Shown piece by piece: positions 42,803 to 44,742 of a stretch of 44,742 bases of DNA; the first letter of the stretch is position 1, and every line of letters begins with the position of its first letter. This DNA comes from Catajapyx aquilonaris (Eukaryota). The stretch covers positions 1 through 44,742 of the forward strand of contig JYFJ02003243.1 in assembly GCA_000934665.2 (NCBI GenBank), written 5' to 3'. The notes below the pieces were generated by a model, which saw nothing but the letters and a program-made list of their open reading frames with translations, ran no database searches and was not told where the DNA came from. The translations under genes were made by a program, and so were the position numbers.

Positions 42803-44742
42803 TGTAGCAACGAGCATATCATTGTGACGACACTTTATCAGGAAATAATTTTAGTCCGCGGTTTTGTGTTGTCGGGTGCGCTAAGGACCATGAGACACCG
42901 ATGAAATATTTTTCATGCCGGAAATTTCGCAGTGAGTCAGGATTTTTTTTTGCATATTTTATTTGGGGAGGATTGTGCACCTATTTTAAAAGTGGTCCAA
43001 ACCGTTTTTTTTTTTTTTTTTGACCCGAGTGATGTGTAACTTACATTGTCCCAATGATTATTTTTGAGCGGTTTTCTCTCGGGTTTTCTTCTAATTTTCT
43101 GCACACTTGAAGCACGCTACGCTCCTTTTGAATTACTTGGTTTTAGGTTGGTTTTTCCGTTCAGTTGAAATATTTTTTTTAAAAATGCGAGTGGACGACA
43201 AGTGGGCGTAAAAGTGGAATTTTTTACATAAAACGAATGATTGTTTCAGCCTTTAGACAGAAAGCAAACACGCTGAATATTAAAGTACGCAGTGTAATTA
43301 CGATTAGCATATTTTGCCAATTTTGTAATTGGGACGCAATTTGCCTATTTTGCTCCAGTGATAATGACACCTCCAGTAGTTAATAAATACTGACAAAACT
43401 CGGCAAAATCCAGTAAACGTGTAGGCTTATAATATGAAGGTTACGTTGAGGTGAATGCAAGTGTATGAGTCATTGAATGTTGATGTGGGATTATTACATA
43501 TATTTCTCGTGGACCGTAATTGCTAAATCTGACAAATGACATGATCACCTGAAAACGGACTGTAATAGACGAAGAAAATGTTGCTCTCATCGTTATGCAT
43601 GCCGGTTCTTCATACGTACATGAAACAGGTTTTACTGCCTCTGGATTTAAGCGAATAGTTTTCTTTGAAAGTAATGAACAAACCAGAAGTATATAGGACT
43701 GGTATATAGCATTTCCTGGCAAGACATAGTGATGCCATGGCAAATAGCACATAGGAAAAACTATGTGCCGTTGTGACATAGGAAATACTTGTTTGTTTCT
43801 CCCCGTGTGATGTCGGGTTTGTTTGTAACCGCGGTACTACCATGAATTTTCGGGGTTCCATGAAATTTTGGACTAGAAGTTGGGGAAAATGACCCGGGGG
43901 CGAATTTTGGTCAGTGGGCCGAAAAAAATATTTTTTTTGGGACAAGGCCAAGCAAGTCACGAAATGGGGTTTCTGCGGGTTCTCTGACAGTCCGGTGTTT
44001 TATATATATATATATATATATCAATAATTTAACGAATAAATTTGTGTAGCTGTCCCCTCCTGGATAAAAATAACTTGTGCAAAAATCCGCGTGCAAAAAG
44101 TACAGCCACTCCTCTCCGTTTCTTAGGTTATAATCATTTAATTTTATATATAGGAAACCGCGGACGGGAAACATTGTTTAAATCGTGTGATGTTACTTAA
44201 AACAGTCATATCCATTTTATTAAGTGCCAATCATCGGATATGATATAGTTAAGTGCCATCAATATATTTTAAACGGCTCGTTTAAGTTTAGACAACACAA
44301 GATTCCTCTCAGGTTGTTTGGCCTCGGCGGTATATTTCTCACAGGTTTGAGTTACCAATTTTCATTACAATTAGCTTCCGAATTAGCCCAATTTAGCCAC
44401 ACCTTGCTTGGTAACTCAATCGGAGCAAACAGATTATGACGAAAACTACAGGGTGTTATTGATATGATAATCTTGAGCCAAAACTGCGACCGGGTATTGT
44501 TAAACTCGTGCAGTTCCCAGCAATACTACCGGAACACTATATGATAATTCGGCAATTTCAGACCTATAAATTACATATATACGTAAAGGCCAACAAATTA
44601 ATTAGCCAATGAGGAACTATATAGAATTCCTAGCTGGATTTATAGGCTTTTGAATATAGTGCGAGTTGCCTTCATGTTGAAAGGTAACATGCTCCTATAG
44701 CCCCGTTTTGGAAACTTGAGTTAGGCCTTGAGAGCCGGTTAC

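Noticed and set aside
43550..44742. Possible hAT transposase remnant (SSYVHETGF) and exon-like minus-strand segments
   Set aside because: Too short and no recognisable extended homology.

Overview
Compact, gene-dense invertebrate (probably arthropod) nuclear DNA with many short (~50-110 nt) spliceosomal introns. No prokaryotic features, tRNA/rRNA genes or CRISPR array were seen. Genes, left to right: the 5' part of a Duox-type peroxidase-domain gene (-), NUBP1 (+, CDS intronless), AP-1 gamma adaptin (-), FANCD2 (-, with a duplicated last exon), a DUF4745/GARRE1-like gene (+), twisted gastrulation (-), paraplegin SPG7 (-), the 5' part of an ANKRD11/12 gene (+, head-to-head with SPG7), and a Myb/SANT-like gene probably nested antisense in it. 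The most notable observations are: the tsg-SPG7-ANKRD11/12 cluster, which mirrors both the human SPG7-ANKRD11 and ANKRD12-TWSG1 neighbourhoods; an 18-nt AP1G microexon at the position of the known neural microexon; minisatellites built from transcription-factor motifs (8 perfect CRE sites next to the bidirectional promoter); a dispersed hairpin repeat family; and several solo-LTR-like elements. Homology calls rest on recalled motifs, not database searches, and exon models were assembled by eye.
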